This document shows, one piece after another, positions 8,277-18,717 of a stretch of 64,000 nucleotides of DNA. The stretch lies in UHGV virus genome UHGV-0287696; one strand, given 5' to 3'. Every line of letters begins with the position of its first letter. Positions within the stretch are counted from its first letter, which is position 1. The stretch comes from a virus. Under the pieces are notes generated by a model that was not told the origin of the DNA, searched no databases, and was given only the letters and a program-made list of their open reading frames with translations. The position numbers and the translations under genes were made by a program.

Positions 8277-10571
8277 ATGAAAGATACCCGAATCTCTAAT
8301 CTGGAGAAACTCGTACAAGCTGGTAACTCGCTGGTACAAAGCGTCATTAGTAACAACAGTGCTGGCGAAATGTGGAACACCATCGTTGCTGGTGAGTCTG
8401 TACGTAGCAACACGAAAGTTTTTGGTACCCTGCGTGACGATGCTGCACAGCACTACGCAAACGCGTTTGCTGGCGGTAAGAAAATGTCCCACGCTGCGGA
8501 AGTTGCTTCTGCAATGATTCTGGGTGCTGCTGGCCACGGTATGGACCTGCAAGAAAAAGTAGCGCAAGAATACGCTAAGCCAGAATTCCATAGCCGTTTT
8601 AACCTGGACGTTGCGATTCCTGGTTCCCAAGCTGGTAACGGCGACTGGGGCAAAGAGCGTATGGTTGTTGCTCAGGAATACTACACCAACAAAGATTACG
8701 ACAAAAACCTGGGTCTGACCTGGACGCTGAACGTACGTGCTCTGGAAACTCAGTCTCGTTTCGCTGAGACTCTGTTCCCGACCATCACCGTTGACACCAA
8801 CGATGTTGGTATTACCGTACGTACCAAAGTGACCACCGTTTCTCGTGGTGTCATGCACGCGTTACTGACCAAAGACGTTGTTGAAGATCATCGTCGTAAC
8901 CTGCACGAAGCGCTGACCGACCACACCGTTCTCCAGGACGAAGCGATCAACATCGTTCCTTACGTAATGGAAACCGGTGAAAACGCTGAATACTTCGTAA
9001 GCGAAGAACTGGTACCGAACGAATCTGTTCGTCTGGGCCGCGTACCTCCGTACCCGACTAACTACCTGAGCTTTGCTAAAGACACTCTGAACCTGTTCCA
9101 GCTGTCTGCGCATCCGGGTATCGTTCAGGAAGGTTACGACGAAACTGATGAAATCGCACCGGGTTGTGCTCTGGGCAGCCTGCTGATTTCCGTACGTAAA
9201 CCGACCGAAGAAGCGAAAGCAGGTAAATTCATCAAACTGCACGTTCGTGACATGCAGTTCGCAACCTTCCAGCGTCCTGCTGAAGGTGATGGCCGTGAGC
9301 TGGTACTGCAATTCCGTCGTACTGCGTTCTCTCTGAATGCGAAAACCACCGACTGGAAAGGCGAAGCTATTCCGGCACTGAAATCACTGGAACAGAACTC
9401 CTACACCCTGCGTTATGTGATCACCATCAACATGTCTCTGTTCACTACCGGTCAGTTCGGTGGTAAAGTTGACATCGCTGGTCACAAACTGGAAATCGAA
9501 GGTCTGTACGACGCTACTGGTAACAAAGTTGATACCAAATCTGGTACCGGCAAAGTTATCCTGGACGGTCTGAAACTTGAACTGATGGGCTGGCGCTTCG
9601 ATGGTACTCGTACCAACGAAAACCGTCGTACCCAGGGTCTGCTGCTTGACCCAATCTGGGAACAAGAAAACTACAAACTGCAATACGGTTCTCCGATCCT
9701 GACCAAGTCTCCGGTTGGCGTTGAATACGACGATACCGAACGTCTGGACGACCTGATTTCCGCAGTTAACATCCGTAACGAACAGCTGGCTATCACTCAG
9801 ACGCTGTCTTACACCGAAGCGGTACGTAACGCTGCTGCAAGCATGATCACTCCGTGGGACAAACCGGCCATTCGTGGTCTGGGCCGTCACTGGGTTGCTC
9901 CGTGGTTCAAAGAGTCTGACTACAACGTTGATGAAGTTGTACAGTCCCTGGATACCAAAGATGCACTGATCAACGCTCGTCAGGGCCTGGTACAGCGTAT
10001 CGGTAATCAGGTAACTCAGGCTATCCAGGAATCTCGCTTCATTCCTGCGCTGCGTCTGTACACTGCCGATCCGGACATTCTGCCGAAAGTTGTTATTGCA
10101 ACTGACGAACCGACTGCATCTATGCTGCTGCTGGTACAGGGCGACCAACGTCTGCTGGGCGATCGCTACGAATACGAAGTGATCACCACCAACGATGACC
10201 GCTGGCGTATCTACAACGCAGCTGACGGTTCCTGGACTCGTCGTCTGCAATGGTTCCTGAAAGTTCCGACTGCGGACGATGGTTCCTACAACGTGCTGAA
10301 CTGGGGTAACCACTTCTGGTCTCCGATCATGGTTACCAACATCAACATTCAGCGTAACGGTTCTACCTCTAAAGAGCTGGCCGTACAGCCGCGTAACGCG
10401 CACATCTGTCACTGCCCGATCACCGGTCTGATCTGGGTTAAAGGCATCACCAAACTGGTTGAAGAAAAACTGGCTTACAATGTTTCTGTTGAACAGAACG
10501 GTCAGAAACAAACCGAAGGTGGTGTAGCAGGTAACGTTGCTGGCGAAGGCAAAGCTGCTGCTGGTAAGTAA
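8277..10571 (+). CDS. major virion structural protein, most likely major capsid protein (tail sheath not excluded)
   Basis: 764-aa ORF with strongly optimised codons (ctg, cgt, ggt, aaa), strong downstream terminator; size matches the ~750-aa capsid proteins of phiKZ-like phages; no search run. Confidence 0.5.
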   Translation: MKDTRISNLEKLVQAGNSLVQSVISNNSAGEMWNTIVAGESVRSNTKVFGTLRDDAAQHYANAFAGGKKMSHAAEVASAMILGAAGHGMDLQEKVAQEYAKPEFHSRFNLDVAIPGSQAGNGDWGKERMVVAQEYYTNKDYDKNLGLTWTLNVRALETQSRFAETLFPTITVDTNDVGITVRTKVTTVSRGVMHALLTKDVVEDHRRNLHEALTDHTVLQDEAINIVPYVMETGENAEYFVSEELVPNESVRLGRVPPYPTNYLSFAKDTLNLFQLSAHPGIVQEGYDETDEIAPGCALGSLLISVRKPTEEAKAGKFIKLHVRDMQFATFQRPAEGDGRELVLQFRRTAFSLNAKTTDWKGEAIPALKSLEQNSYTLRYVITINMSLFTTGQFGGKVDIAGHKLEIEGLYDATGNKVDTKSGTGKVILDGLKLELMGWRFDGTRTNENRRTQGLLLDPIWEQENYKLQYGSPILTKSPVGVEYDDTERLDDLISAVNIRNEQLAITQTLSYTEAVRNAAASMITPWDKPAIRGLGRHWVAPWFKESDYNVDEVVQSLDTKDALINARQGLVQRIGNQVTQAIQESRFIPALRLYTADPDILPKVVIATDEPTASMLLLVQGDQRLLGDRYEYEVITTNDDRWRIYNAADGSWTRRLQWFLKVPTADDGSYNVLNWGNHFWSPIMVTNINIQRNGSTSKELAVQPRNAHICHCPITGLIWVKGITKLVEEKLAYNVSVEQNGQKQTEGGVAGNVAGEGKAAAGK

Positions 10572-10584
10572 TCTTGCTTAAAAA

Positions 10585-10630
10585 GAGTCTAAGCCCTTCG
10601 GGGCTTAGACCTTTTATTTTTTTTTTCTTT
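10585..10630 (+). terminator. intrinsic terminator
   Basis: gtctaagccc-ttcg-gggcttagac hairpin followed by a ~19-nt T-rich tract. Confidence 0.75.
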
Positions 10631-10754
10631 CTATTATTTTTTGGATAGATATTATTAAAGGGAGACGGCCAGTTGGTTTTAAAGGAGTATGTATGGAAAA
10701 AATACAGTTTAAACTAAAGATATGTGTCATCATTAAAATTTAGCTTGGGTTCCC

Positions 10755-11765
10755 ATGAAACGTCTTGATATTGATGTGGTGCCCAGTATCTCTGAACGCT
10801 CGTTATGTCAAACGTCTGGATTGAGGAAACTTGTTACGTTTGAAAATAACACTGGCGTGCCTATCCACGTCACTGAAACCAGTGGCGGTAGCTTTATTTT
10901 AAATGCTTCGAAAAACCCCGCTGATGAGCATGGGGTTATCGTTTACGTGACGTATCAATCATACGGAAGATGCGCGAATCTCAATGGGTTTGCTGAACTG
11001 ATGCCGGGAAAACAGTTTTCTCGCTTTTGCGACCAATTGAAAGAAAAAGGGGAGGTAACGTTAGAGTATGCAGTAAACGACGTTGGTGCGTTGCTGCGAG
11101 GAGATTTGGTTGTACTAAAGCAGTTAGGCTTTGCTTTCTCAACAACACCGATACGCTTAGATAGTAAACCCCCAACTATGCGCCCTGGAGGTGAGCGCAC
11201 TGAATTTACATTGGGTGTTGTTGTTGTGCAACGCTACGACGAGCCTGACAATTATCGGTGGCTACGTTTCTACGGTACGAAAATGAAAATCGAACCAATA
11301 ACGTCACGCTATTATGAACCGGGCGTTTACATGATAATAGGAGGTGGAACGAGGGTGGAAGGGAGTCGAATGATTCATTTTGAATTTGACGACATTACTT
11401 CACCGTTTAGATTATTTAAGGATGAGGCAGCGGCGGACGCGTTTCGATGGCAAGAAGCAGTTCCCGGTCTCTTTGAGATTAAGCAACGTTTAGAGGAGCA
11501 GTACAAAGAAAAATTAGAAAGCTTGGATTCGGCAAAAGACAAGTTAGAATTGGAACACAAGAAACAACTACAGAGCATGGCTTTAGAAAAGGAGCGATTG
11601 ACTTTAGCATTCAAGCAACAGGAATTGGAAGCGAAGTCACGGGCTGAGGCGCGTAAAGAATTCTACGAGACGCGTTCTTACATTCGTAAGGACGGCTCAG
11701 ACCTATTTAAATCTGTCCCTGCGTATTTGGCGGCGGGTGTCGCTTTTATAGGGATGCTAACGTAA
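10755..11765 (+). CDS. hypothetical protein with C-terminal coiled-coil and hydrophobic tail
   Basis: 336-aa ORF; C-terminal heptad-like KEKLESLDSAKDKLELEHKKQLQSMALEKERL and terminal AYLAAGVAFIGML. Confidence 0.5.
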   Translation: MKRLDIDVVPSISERSLCQTSGLRKLVTFENNTGVPIHVTETSGGSFILNASKNPADEHGVIVYVTYQSYGRCANLNGFAELMPGKQFSRFCDQLKEKGEVTLEYAVNDVGALLRGDLVVLKQLGFAFSTTPIRLDSKPPTMRPGGERTEFTLGVVVVQRYDEPDNYRWLRFYGTKMKIEPITSRYYEPGVYMIIGGGTRVEGSRMIHFEFDDITSPFRLFKDEAAADAFRWQEAVPGLFEIKQRLEEQYKEKLESLDSAKDKLELEHKKQLQSMALEKERLTLAFKQQELEAKSRAEARKEFYETRSYIRKDGSDLFKSVPAYLAAGVAFIGMLT

Positions 11766-11775
11766 GGAGCATGGC

Positions 11776-13551
11776 GTGTTTAAAGATGCAATCAAAAAGC
11801 TTAAAGAGAGTGGTAAAATAGTACCCTTTAACCGTGCGATTGCGGAAGGAGTCGGTTATACACAAGCCAAAGATGGTATTCACGATCGTGTACATCGTAT
11901 CTTGAAACGTGAGCTAGATTACCATCCTGTAGAGAACCCTCGTGTTCCTGAAGGCTTGGCCGTGTTGGGTGTTCGTTTAATGTCGCCGTTCGAAACTTTT
12001 ATCTATAAGCTGTCTCGTTCAGAGAGCAGCAGGATGGATAAACGTCGTGGGGTGATGTCTATCGCGAATACCGATGCGTATATGGTCATGTCGTCGTTCC
12101 GTATTCCTGGAGACTCAAGACCAATCTCAAGACCGATTAACTTGCCTTTCATTCGTCGTGGTGGGTTGATGAACTATTACGGAACAACGTATCATGTTGC
12201 ACCTGTTATTCATCAGCCGGGTATCTGTCGTGAGCACGGTGGGGTGTTTGTTAATTTTGACTTTAAACGTAAAGCGTCATTAAAATTCTGTAAGCACCCG
12301 GTACGGATTTTAGTGAACGGGAAGAAAGAAGAATTGTTCTTGCCCGGAACAAACAATTTGTTTAAAGCCAAAAACGCCACACATCCTGACACGGACGAAA
12401 AGCCGTTAATGTACTGGCTATTCGGACGTTATGGATTTAAGGAAGCCATCAAACGTTATACTGGCGTGGATGTGGAGATATACCCTGCATTCAAAGTACC
12501 TGAAATCGATCTCGATAAAAAAGTAGTAATCAGTTCAGGTGAGCCTAAACATAATCGGACGATTATGTACGTAGTGACGGTTCCTGCAGAGGCTTTACCA
12601 AATCTCGATAAAGCGGGATGGGATCAAAACGAGCACTTATTACTCGTGGCGATTTCTGCATTCTTTAAAGCAGCGCACTATTATTGCGGAAAGCAAGCGA
12701 TTAAAAACGGCAACGTTGTTCCTTTACCGCCGTTGTTTACCGCGATTAACGAACTTGCAATGGAGGACGATGTTGTAAACCTGAATTCCTCCGCAATTTG
12801 GCGGGAGATTTTGGGGAGAAGTATTGTTGGACTTAAACCGTCCGATATTGAACTGGCACACAGCATGACGAAACACTATACGGAGTGCGAACGCTACGTT
12901 AACTCAACATTCCGTGGTGAGTTAATGATGTCAGATCCCGATATCCCGGACGATATGGATATGTTTGATTTCTTCTGGTACGCGACGAAGTTGATGGTGA
13001 GAACACGCCTTACGAAACAAGGCGATATTCCGTCAATGTATGGAAAACGTCTGACCGTAACAGATTACCTGTTATTGGGTGAGCGTGGCTTTACGCCTAC
13101 CATCGCTGCGATTCGTTTCCACTTGGGACAAACGGAGAATAGAACACCGGAGTCTTGTGCGAACATGATACGCAGTGCGTTGAATAAAGACATTGTAACT
13201 AGCCTGGTATTACGCAACATTACCGGCAATGGCGGTGTAAGTTATTTCAACGCTTCTACCGAGTCTATGGTGCTGGGGGTTTCAACCCATGCTATCAGCC
13301 AGACAGAAACAGAATCTAAACGTAACAGCAAGGGCGGTAAGACGGTTAACCTTAATGACCGGACAAAACATGCCTCTGCATCTCATCTGGAATGTGGTAA
13401 CGTGTATTACATTCCGAAATCATCACCGTTTAAATCGGGTATTCTCAATCCGTATATGAAGACGAACACCCAACTGGTGATGGTACGTAATCCAAAACTC
13501 AACGAGTTGATCCAAGCAACCGAAGAAGACATTGCGAAGATTGGCCGTTAA
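11776..13551 (+). CDS. hypothetical protein (591 aa)
   Basis: GTG start with AAGGAG 6 nt upstream. Confidence 0.55.
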   Translation: MFKDAIKKLKESGKIVPFNRAIAEGVGYTQAKDGIHDRVHRILKRELDYHPVENPRVPEGLAVLGVRLMSPFETFIYKLSRSESSRMDKRRGVMSIANTDAYMVMSSFRIPGDSRPISRPINLPFIRRGGLMNYYGTTYHVAPVIHQPGICREHGGVFVNFDFKRKASLKFCKHPVRILVNGKKEELFLPGTNNLFKAKNATHPDTDEKPLMYWLFGRYGFKEAIKRYTGVDVEIYPAFKVPEIDLDKKVVISSGEPKHNRTIMYVVTVPAEALPNLDKAGWDQNEHLLLVAISAFFKAAHYYCGKQAIKNGNVVPLPPLFTAINELAMEDDVVNLNSSAIWREILGRSIVGLKPSDIELAHSMTKHYTECERYVNSTFRGELMMSDPDIPDDMDMFDFFWYATKLMVRTRLTKQGDIPSMYGKRLTVTDYLLLGERGFTPTIAAIRFHLGQTENRTPESCANMIRSALNKDIVTSLVLRNITGNGGVSYFNASTESMVLGVSTHAISQTETESKRNSKGGKTVNLNDRTKHASASHLECGNVYYIPKSSPFKSGILNPYMKTNTQLVMVRNPKLNELIQATEEDIAKIGR

Positions 13552-13590
13552 CGAATTAAATTATAGAAAAGACGTAACAGGAGTATAATA

Positions 13591-15243
13591 ATGGCAACTG
13601 TCAATAAAGACGTAATTCGTAACCACATCTATAGCACGATCTCCAGTGGTCGTGATGAACTTTTATCGTATCTTTGTAATCAAGCACGTGTTGCTGGATT
13701 GAATGACGACAAATACATGGATAATGCCGTTACCGTCGCCACGTGGTTTGTATACAACCGTCGTCCAGATAACGAAACTGCATCGGCGATTCTGGCAACT
13801 TTTAAATCGACGCTGTATAGTGACTTACTGGGACGTGGTATGCAGCCACTGGACCCGCGTATTCACAGCCAGCTGGAACAGGAATTCCGTACGGCGAATC
13901 AGTATGCGGTACAAGCTAAACAGCTTATGGCGCAATCGAGCACTTTTGGTGGCCCAGCAATGGGTGGGTCTCCGAGCTTAGCGATGCCAGCGTCTGGCTT
14001 CCCAGGCAACGGCTATGGTAGTCCACAACCAGCACCAGCGGTACAAGGGGGTTCTATCCCAATGTCAACTTACGATCCGCGCACAGCGGCACAGAAGCAA
14101 TCACCGCAACCGCAAGGTAACTTCGGCCAGCCTGCACAACAACCTGCACAGCAACCCGTGCAACAGGCACAGCCTAAACCGACTGTTTCGCAGTCTATGG
14201 TGGAAGCTAACAAGCCGCGTGAGCTCGACGAGAAAACTATCGAAGAACTTGTCGAACGTTACAATAAACCTATCATCGATCATTTCCGGGTGGAAATTGT
14301 GGAAGACTATTTAGATCACGAACTTAGAGAACAGATTAAGAAAAATATTCTTACGCCGAAAGAACTCAATGAACGCATCAAAAATTCACCGTATTCTAGC
14401 CATCACAATTGGTCAGAAAAGGTTGACGAAATCATCGATAATGAAGACGTCGATTATTGCGTTTATGATGAAGCGGATGTGATGGTGAAAACCGAAAGCG
14501 AGTATAAATTGTTCCCGATGGTGAGTACGGATTCGAGCAAAACTTACCTTCAAGAATTTTATACTGCCACCCGCCAGGCAATCGATGGTATCGAAGATAT
14601 TCGCGATATTGACGATCCGGAAGAAATGCTGAAGCGTACGATCGATGAGGTGTTCCGCATCCGTAAAATGTCTGAGCGCCTACTGCAATATTTCAATACT
14701 CAGGCAGAGGAGCCGGATACACTGAAACAAAGCTGTGTGGAGTTTTGTCAGCAGTTTAACGCAACACTCACTGTTTTGGTTCATAACGCGATTGCTGTTG
14801 CGACAAACTACGGTAAAGGAATTCCAGGTACGAAATTTGTACAATTCGATTGTAACTTAAGCGATCTCGAATACTTCCGTGACACGCTGTTCCCGCGCAC
14901 TATCGGTGAAAATGGCGTAACTACGGCTGCGGATTTCTTCCGCGAACTGTGCTTGCTGGTTGCACGTTCTGTTCGTAAGCTGCACTTCCGTCTGAAATCT
15001 AACGATCGTGCTATTGAAATTTGCCGCGTAACTTACACTATCCAACTGCCTGCGGATTACCCGTCTGCAAAAGGTCGCAATATCGTAGAGATTTCCTCCT
15101 TCGGTAATGCGTTTGAACCTATTGTCGGTATCTATGAAGCAATTAACCAACGCGCACCTGAAGCTATTGTGAAGCTGGCTACCCCGTCGGCATCCTATAC
15201 ACTGCTTAGCAATGGTGAAATTACCGCACCGGTGCGTTACTAA
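13591..15243 (+). CDS. hypothetical protein with Q/P/G-rich low-complexity linker (scaffold-like?)
   Basis: 550-aa ORF, RBS AGGAG; internal GGPAMGGSPSLAMPASGFPGNGYGSPQPAPAVQGG...QPAQQPAQQPVQQAQP. Confidence 0.55.
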   Translation: MATVNKDVIRNHIYSTISSGRDELLSYLCNQARVAGLNDDKYMDNAVTVATWFVYNRRPDNETASAILATFKSTLYSDLLGRGMQPLDPRIHSQLEQEFRTANQYAVQAKQLMAQSSTFGGPAMGGSPSLAMPASGFPGNGYGSPQPAPAVQGGSIPMSTYDPRTAAQKQSPQPQGNFGQPAQQPAQQPVQQAQPKPTVSQSMVEANKPRELDEKTIEELVERYNKPIIDHFRVEIVEDYLDHELREQIKKNILTPKELNERIKNSPYSSHHNWSEKVDEIIDNEDVDYCVYDEADVMVKTESEYKLFPMVSTDSSKTYLQEFYTATRQAIDGIEDIRDIDDPEEMLKRTIDEVFRIRKMSERLLQYFNTQAEEPDTLKQSCVEFCQQFNATLTVLVHNAIAVATNYGKGIPGTKFVQFDCNLSDLEYFRDTLFPRTIGENGVTTAADFFRELCLLVARSVRKLHFRLKSNDRAIEICRVTYTIQLPADYPSAKGRNIVEISSFGNAFEPIVGIYEAINQRAPEAIVKLATPSASYTLLSNGEITAPVRY

Positions 15244-15287
15244 GGGGCTTCGTGCCCCCTAATCTATAGACACCACAGGACAGTATC

Positions 15288-15536
15288 ATGGCAGCCTATG
15301 TTGATTACAGTAATACAAAAATTGAGTTAAAGGAGATTGATACCGCCGCTCGTTTAAAGCAACAGCTTAATCTGGAGTTATACCAACTCCAAGTTCGGAT
15401 GCACGAACGCGAACAGTTCATTGAAAAACGCCCAATTTTCATTGACGATCGCCAAGTGAAACTGATCACTGCGGAACTGGAGGTAATGGCCGCAGAGAAG
15501 TTGTTGTTAGAAGAACGTATTGCCGCTATTGTCTAA
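15288..15536 (+). CDS. hypothetical coiled-coil protein (82 aa)
   Basis: ATG with CAGGA RBS; followed by terminator. Confidence 0.45.
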   Translation: MAAYVDYSNTKIELKEIDTAARLKQQLNLELYQLQVRMHEREQFIEKRPIFIDDRQVKLITAELEVMAAEKLLLEERIAAIV

Positions 15537-15545
15537 TCGCCCCAC

Positions 15546-15580
15546 AGGAGAGCTTCGGCTCTCCTCCTTTATTTTTATTC
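15546..15580 (+). terminator. intrinsic terminator
   Basis: aggagagc-ttcg-gctctcct followed by tttatttttatt. Confidence 0.65.
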
Positions 15581-15623
15581 CCCAATTTATTATAGCCGCC
15601 CACTATAGTGAGGGAATGAGGAA

Positions 15624-15923
15624 ATGATTAAATATGTCGTTATTAATGTAGACTACGAACGTAGCCCACGTTTTCGTTTTGAGTTACCTGAAACCAAAGC
15701 AACCATGGAGTTTAATCGCTACTTATTAGAGCATTCAAACACCAAAATCAATCACGGTAGATACTGGCTTATCTACTATAATGCCCGCAATGAGCTACTG
15801 AAAGCCGTCAAGAAATCAGGTCAGTCGGAACTGTTAGCGAAACTGACGGCGTACGATAACGATCCCTTAGCAATAGGAGTGATGCTAGACCTTGCTATTA
15901 AGAAAGACGAGATAGCGTGGTGA
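15624..15923 (+). CDS. hypothetical protein (99 aa)
   Basis: ATG with GAGGGAATGAGG upstream. Confidence 0.45.
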   Translation: MIKYVVINVDYERSPRFRFELPETKATMEFNRYLLEHSNTKINHGRYWLIYYNARNELLKAVKKSGQSELLAKLTAYDNDPLAIGVMLDLAIKKDEIAW

Positions 15924-15986
15924 AAAAAAGAAAAGCCACTCCGACCCCAGAAGGGTCGGAGTAAGCTCGAATTATTTTTTTTTGCT
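15923..15986. terminator. bidirectional intrinsic terminator between convergent genes
   Basis: A-run, hairpin actccgaccc-cagaa-gggtcggagt, T-run; lies between the + gene ending 15923 and the - gene ending 15989. Confidence 0.7.
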
Positions 15987-15988
15987 AT

Positions 15989-18706
15989 TTAGAGAGTTTC
16001 GTCGGCGTTGTCGTCTGTACCGGTATCCGTCTCGTCTGTGTCTTCAGCAGAAACGTCTTCTTCCGTTGTCGTATCGGTTTCCGTCGTTTCATCATCAGAC
16101 ATGTCCAAGTCTTCATCACCGCCCATATCGTCACCACCTAAGTCCTCATCGCCCCCTAAGCCACCGTCGTCTTCAGAGCCGCCACCGAAGTCGCTACCCC
16201 CGCCGAAGTTATTGGCGTCCTCAGGATTCAAATCAGCCGCTTTTGCTAAGGTTTCAACTTTACCTGTTGTGCGTTTAGCTAACTGAATCAGCGTCTTCGA
16301 TGCTGCTGCGATTTCATCAGAAATCATCTTGACGTTTTCACCACGTTTATCTTCGTCGTAGATCAAATCAAACAGATCGGTTTCGATGCCTTGATTACGC
16401 AGCCAGTTACGCGTATAGAACGATTTAATCATCGTCTTGAGATCATCATGCTGCATTTCGATACCTTCATTCTGAAGCATATTCGAAATATCGTCGGTAA
16501 CAACCAGATCCGCCAGTTTCTCAATGAACTCATAGCGTTTATCAAACAGATCCGCTTGTGAAGAAGAAGCTGATGTGTCTGGTGGTGGTAAAGTGACCTT
16601 CATACCGTTGATGAACTTCGCCAGATACTCCGACGTTTGTTTGGTCAAGTCTTCACCTGTTACATTAGGATTTTGATTGCGAATATATTCAACAATAATA
16701 CGAACCAACTCTGCTTGTAATTTAGGAGAGGCTTGCAAACTGTTTGTCACGTAGCGTGTTAACGGCGTAGACAGAATTTCTTGTTTCTTCACGATTTGTT
16801 GAGTCACCAGCAGTGACTTGGAATAAATCTGCGAAGCAAATTCCAGGTTTTCCGGCGTCAAAACAAGATCCGGGTCTACACACGCGATGTGACAAGTACG
16901 ACGGAGTAAGTTTTCATCGATTTGTTGATCGGGCACTTTATACTCAGGCGTTGTGTCCGAAACGGACACTTTATGACTGGCGTAGTATTCATTACCCGTC
17001 ACGTTAAATGCAATCCCGGCATTAGCCCCCATCGACCAAGCGTCATTGATATCACCCCACATCGGTAAACGACGGTTATAGGAGTTAAGGATATCCGATT
17101 TAACTTGGTCAACCGTTTTCTGACCGTTCATGTCATCTGGCGATAACTCAATGTCGTATTGCATGTGACGTGCTGAGTTCAACACTGAAGAGTTCATCGT
17201 TGCGAACAACAGCGCCATCCTGACCGTAGAGATGATAAAGGAACGTTCAGTGATAGACACCCCAATACCATCTTCGTTAAAGTCCGTTGCAAAGTAGCAC
17301 AAGTTATTAACCGGGATATAGACAACCTGTGTGTGACGTTTTGCGAGGTGACGTGCCAGCAGAATACGACCGAAAGTTTCGGTAATTTTCATGCTGATTT
17401 CAGCTCCACCCAATGCCTGGCTTAACGCACGGGTAAATTCGTTCTCAGCAATCTCGCTACAACGGGCACTTAAACGGTTGGCGATCTCTGGCGTTATACG
17501 AGAGGTATTACCCAAACCTAAATTAGAGCGGTTGATAATACTGTCCGTCATGCCGTCGTTATTAAGGTAGTTCATAAAGTTCGCGTCCCCGTAAAGTGAA
17601 GAACGTGAGTTGATGAAGTTACCCATATCGTCAATAATGGTCAGAAACCCAATAGGGTTACGAACGTCGTCGCCGATAACCAACGGTGCGGTAGACTCAG
17701 CAGGCAATAGGCATTCGAAATATTCGATTTGGTTGTTTTCATTCATCGAAATAATCGGAATATCGCCATAAGTCTGAGTTTTTGGTGTACCTTTGTACGC
17801 TTCGTTCAGATCACCTAAGTTAATGAAGCCTTTTTCAGCCGCGTCACGCTGACGATCGTTAAACTGTTGATTAACTTCATACGGCGTGGCACCTGTCGGT
17901 GTGGCAGGCTTTTCATATGCGGCTTGCTCTAATTGGCCGTAGAGACCAGTACGTGCGTTCTCATGCGCGATTCGACGATAAGCATGGGGTAGTAACGTGA
18001 TACGTGGGTTGTCGGTGATCGAGATGTCCATTTCGAACTTATCTGAGAACATCTTATCGTGGTTACTGAAATTGATTTTCAGTGATTGTGGTCCTTTAAC
18101 AGGCCCACGGACACGACTCAGAATAGATTCCACACCCACCCGTTGCCCGTCATCTTGCCCGTTGATTGGACCGAGAATACCGAGCTGTTCTTCGAAATAG
18201 GCAGCTTGAGAACGACGTACGGATTCGGTAGCGACTTTGGCGTCTAAACCGAACAACTGGTCAAATCCGTTGTCCGAGATTATCATCACTGGACTTGCGC
18301 CTTTTGTTTTTAACGCGTCGTAAATCCACTGATATAATTTCTTAGGTAATTGACGCACGTTATCATGATAATCACGCGTTGGTGTCAGTAGGTCATTACG
18401 TAAGTCAATTGGAATGTCTGCGATGTTGTCGTAAATCAACGTGGTGTTGATTAAGTCTTTTGTCGACAGCAAGCTCGAAGTTGCAATGGTAACAATCGTT
18501 TCGAGTTCAGGTAACGCATCAAAGATACGTTCCGCATTTTTGATAGTACGAATACGCGAACTTACAATTCCTGCAAGTTCCTGACGTGTTGGCGTAGAAC
18601 CACCCTCGCTACGCGTACCGCGTTGTTGCTGGGGTGCTGGGCCCGTAGTTTTACGAAGAATTGCAGCTACGGCGGGGTCGCCCGTTAATTTACTAATATC
18701 GTCCAT
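15989..18706 (-). CDS. large virion protein, putative portal protein
   Basis: 905-aa - strand ORF a few genes from the putative capsid gene; C-terminal ~80 aa extremely acidic (GGDEDLGGDDMGGDEDLDMSDDETTETD...); size consistent with the ~100-kDa portals of phiKZ-like phages as I recall them; no motif proof. Confidence 0.4.
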   Translation of the reverse strand: MDDISKLTGDPAVAAILRKTTGPAPQQQRGTRSEGGSTPTRQELAGIVSSRIRTIKNAERIFDALPELETIVTIATSSLLSTKDLINTTLIYDNIADIPIDLRNDLLTPTRDYHDNVRQLPKKLYQWIYDALKTKGASPVMIISDNGFDQLFGLDAKVATESVRRSQAAYFEEQLGILGPINGQDDGQRVGVESILSRVRGPVKGPQSLKINFSNHDKMFSDKFEMDISITDNPRITLLPHAYRRIAHENARTGLYGQLEQAAYEKPATPTGATPYEVNQQFNDRQRDAAEKGFINLGDLNEAYKGTPKTQTYGDIPIISMNENNQIEYFECLLPAESTAPLVIGDDVRNPIGFLTIIDDMGNFINSRSSLYGDANFMNYLNNDGMTDSIINRSNLGLGNTSRITPEIANRLSARCSEIAENEFTRALSQALGGAEISMKITETFGRILLARHLAKRHTQVVYIPVNNLCYFATDFNEDGIGVSITERSFIISTVRMALLFATMNSSVLNSARHMQYDIELSPDDMNGQKTVDQVKSDILNSYNRRLPMWGDINDAWSMGANAGIAFNVTGNEYYASHKVSVSDTTPEYKVPDQQIDENLLRRTCHIACVDPDLVLTPENLEFASQIYSKSLLVTQQIVKKQEILSTPLTRYVTNSLQASPKLQAELVRIIVEYIRNQNPNVTGEDLTKQTSEYLAKFINGMKVTLPPPDTSASSSQADLFDKRYEFIEKLADLVVTDDISNMLQNEGIEMQHDDLKTMIKSFYTRNWLRNQGIETDLFDLIYDEDKRGENVKMISDEIAAASKTLIQLAKRTTGKVETLAKAADLNPEDANNFGGGSDFGGGSEDDGGLGGDEDLGGDDMGGDEDLDMSDDETTETDTTTEEDVSAEDTDETDTGTDDNADETL

Positions 18707-18717
18707 TGGGGTCTCCG

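Noticed and set aside
8253-10511. Long - strand ORFs (8253..8858, 8862..9311, 9384..10511) inside the putative capsid gene
   Set aside because: They lie antisense to a strongly codon-biased gene whose GC-rich third positions suppress stop codons on the opposite strand; they have no RBS and are Arg/Val/Gln-rich low-complexity translations.
15588-15617. T7-promoter-like sequence CACTATAGTGAGGGA
   Set aside because: Matches only the CACTATAG core of the 23-bp T7 consensus, occurs once, and no single-subunit RNA polymerase is evident; probably chance.
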